Shown piece by piece: positions 62,099 through 64,000 of a DNA stretch of 64,000 nucleotides. The translations under genes were made by a program, and so were the position numbers. Each line of letters opens with the position of its first letter. Positions within the stretch are counted from its first letter, which is position 1. Source of the DNA: Gemmatimonadota bacterium (GTDB taxonomy: Bacteria; Gemmatimonadota; Gemmatimonadetes; Gemmatimonadales; GWC2-71-9); the NCBI GenBank assembly GCA_036679645.1, contig JAZDCY010000012.1:97206-161205 (forward strand), read 5' to 3'. Below the pieces are notes generated by a model. The model made no database searches. It had not been told where the DNA came from and saw only the letters and a list, made by a program, of their open reading frames with translations.

Positions 62099-62956
62099 GT
62101 GATGTCTCAGATCCCAAGGCAGGTATTGTTTGGCAGGCGAGGGGAACGTCTCATAGACGTAACCGAGGCCGTTCGTGGCCTCTGTTGCGACTGTACCTGT
62201 CCGGCGTGCGGTGAGCAACTCGTGGCCCGGAAAGGGCCGATCATGGCCCATCACTTTGCTCACTACGGATCCACGAGCTGCCACGAGCCACCGGAACTCG
62301 CCATTCTTCGAGCCGCCGCTGAGGCAGTCGGGAGCGCTGGGTCGATTCGCCTTCCCTCGGTGTCTCTCGAATTCGAGAGCTACAAAGACCGCTGGACTAT
62401 TTCGCCGGCCGTTGAGGTACCTGTCTCGGCGGTAGAGGTAACGTCGCTCTTCGAGACCGCCGAGCAAGGTCTGGCCCTAACGGTTCGGGGCAAGACTCTC
62501 TTTGTTCACCTCCGCTTTCAGGGTGAGGTTGGATGTCCGTTTTGGCAGCACGCTCACGGGTTCGACTCCTCACTCCTCGATGTGGCGGTTGAGCCTGTTG
62601 CGGCAGAACCCACCATCGCCAGAATCAGTCAAGTACTGGTGCATGACGTCGACTCGAAAACCTGGGTGTTCAATTCACGTGCTGCACGCGCCTTCCGGCA
62701 GGTGACACGGACGGCAAGTCGCCTCCGACATGTGAAGCGAGGCCTGGCCGTACACGTTGATGGCTGCCCAAGGTCCGTCCGCAGTTGGCACGGCAAGCCG
62801 TACGCAAATGTCTTGGATGATTGCACCCACTGCCAATCCTGCGTGTCGGTGGGCTTCGTTTCTGGAAAGGATGAGGTCCTCTGTCTGGGGACCACTGCCT
62901 TCCCAACATTCGATAGCTGGAAGGCGCGTGAAGGAATGCCGCCCGACACGCGTTAG
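62099..62956 (+). CDS. CoiA-like zinc-finger protein
   Basis: CTCPACGEQLVARKG...HHFAH...C; C-terminal Cys cluster. Confidence 0.6.
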   Translation: MMSQIPRQVLFGRRGERLIDVTEAVRGLCCDCTCPACGEQLVARKGPIMAHHFAHYGSTSCHEPPELAILRAAAEAVGSAGSIRLPSVSLEFESYKDRWTISPAVEVPVSAVEVTSLFETAEQGLALTVRGKTLFVHLRFQGEVGCPFWQHAHGFDSSLLDVAVEPVAAEPTIARISQVLVHDVDSKTWVFNSRAARAFRQVTRTASRLRHVKRGLAVHVDGCPRSVRSWHGKPYANVLDDCTHCQSCVSVGFVSGKDEVLCLGTTAFPTFDSWKAREGMPPDTR

Positions 62957-63125
62957 GAGCTGGACGAGCACGAACATTTACAAAGGAAGCCTGAGAATTG
63001 TGCGCCGGGTGGGGATAGTAGACGTTCTACCGAGTATCGCTTGTGCAAGGCGAGCTTCGGCTTACTCGTACTTCGGCGAGTCACCGGTAGCTCAAACACA
63101 CGTCCGTTAGGCGGCCACCAGCCGG

Positions 63126-63704
63126 ATGACGTTGTCAACACCGAACACGATTCTCTGGCACTACAGCCAGACCCTGCGCCGTTGCGTAGCTCGCGTGCAT
63201 GCTACCGAGGACGGCACTCAGCAACGGCAGGAGATTGTCGTCTGCATTCTGCTCGCGGTCACGCTCGTCGAAGCTTTCTTGAATGTTTACTTCCGAATCC
63301 TCGTCTCAAATGAGGAGTTTACGTCCCACTGCGGATGGCTCCTTGAGGACCTGCGACGCCGACGGTCTCTCGACCACAAGATCGAAGTATGGCCGGAATT
63401 GATCCTTCGCAAGCGCCTGGACTTCAGCACGGGTGCAGCACGCGACTTCAAGGTCCTCAAAGAGAGACGCAACGCGTTGATGCACTTCACGAGTAGCCAT
63501 ATAACTCTGGATGCGCTGGGCGATCTCACTTTCCATGGATTGGCGGACACGAGCGCATTCGACGAACTCACGGCCGCTCATGCGGCGGACGCGCTGGAGG
63601 CCGCCGAAGGGATCATTTGTGAAATCTGGCGGCTCCGAGGCATACCGGAGGAGTCATTGCCGCACATGCTCCATCAGTGGACCGGCAGAATGGCGGCCAC
63701 ATAG
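63126..63704 (+). CDS. Stand-alone HEPN-like protein
   Basis: Helical; VEAFLN helix; RNALMH (Rx4H). Confidence 0.6.
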   Translation: MTLSTPNTILWHYSQTLRRCVARVHATEDGTQQRQEIVVCILLAVTLVEAFLNVYFRILVSNEEFTSHCGWLLEDLRRRRSLDHKIEVWPELILRKRLDFSTGAARDFKVLKERRNALMHFTSSHITLDALGDLTFHGLADTSAFDELTAAHAADALEAAEGIICEIWRLRGIPEESLPHMLHQWTGRMAAT

Positions 63705-63813
63705 TGAATCGCCCCGGGATTGCCGGAGACTCCATTTCTTGAGAGGACGGAGTCACGGGAAAGCCAAAAGCCCATATTCGCCGGAGGTTCGTGAGCCGGC
63801 GGTGCGGATGGTC
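63705..63813 (+). mobile_element. IS3-family (IS6110-like) left end with degenerate orfA start
   Basis: TGAATCGCCCCGGGATTGCCGGAGACTCC IRL; YSPEVRE.AVRMV orfA-like codons; ATG position reads ACG; truncated. Confidence 0.8.
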
Positions 63814-64000
63814 CGGTAGCCACGGTCGTGCCAGACATCGAATCCCGCCCAGTCCCAATGAATGAACGCGCTCGACAAGTCGGTTTGCGGAGTTATTATC
63901 GAAAGTTGTGGATTGGAGGAATGAGAAAGGCGGCGTATCCTTTCGTGTAGTCAGTTGAAACTCACACGAAATCCGGTTGTGACGACCGGAGAAAGGACAC

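Noticed and set aside
1..64000. CRISPR array, rRNA or intact tRNA
   Set aside because: No regularly spaced repeats or full cloverleaf seen by eye; only the tRNA-Cys fragment at about 56250

Overview
GC-rich bacterial chromosomal segment; gene content and protein styles suggest Gemmatimonadota (inference). About 1-52 kb is core and metabolic. It carries a selenocysteine-containing selD (in-frame UGA plus a SECIS-like hairpin, missed by the ORF track), rnhA, dCMP deaminase, an IPMDH-family dehydrogenase, thiolase/SPFH/hbd, a squalene-type synthase and thyA-folA. It also has an operon of two ATP-grasp ligases + GNAT + KamA, an EF-G paralog, DUF1800/DUF1501, three sensor kinases with one OmpR-type regulator, and a cytochrome c with outer-membrane barrels. 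A tryptophan -> kynurenine -> anthranilate -> anthraniloyl-CoA cluster (kynA, kynU, abm-like genes) lacks kynB but contains a creatininase-family gene. From about 52.7 kb the window is accessory: vapBC (toxin broken by an 11-bp duplication), a truncated gene, and pyrE with an apparent leader-peptide attenuator. A tRNA-Cys 3' fragment with phased repeats then marks a probable att site. Beyond it lies a defence island: type III R-M with a frameshifted Res carrying a C-terminal HEPN-like motif, a CoiA-like protein, a stand-alone HEPN-like gene and an IS3-family (IS6110-like) left end. Several small lesions may be real decay or assembly errors. All calls come from motif reading only; no searches were run.
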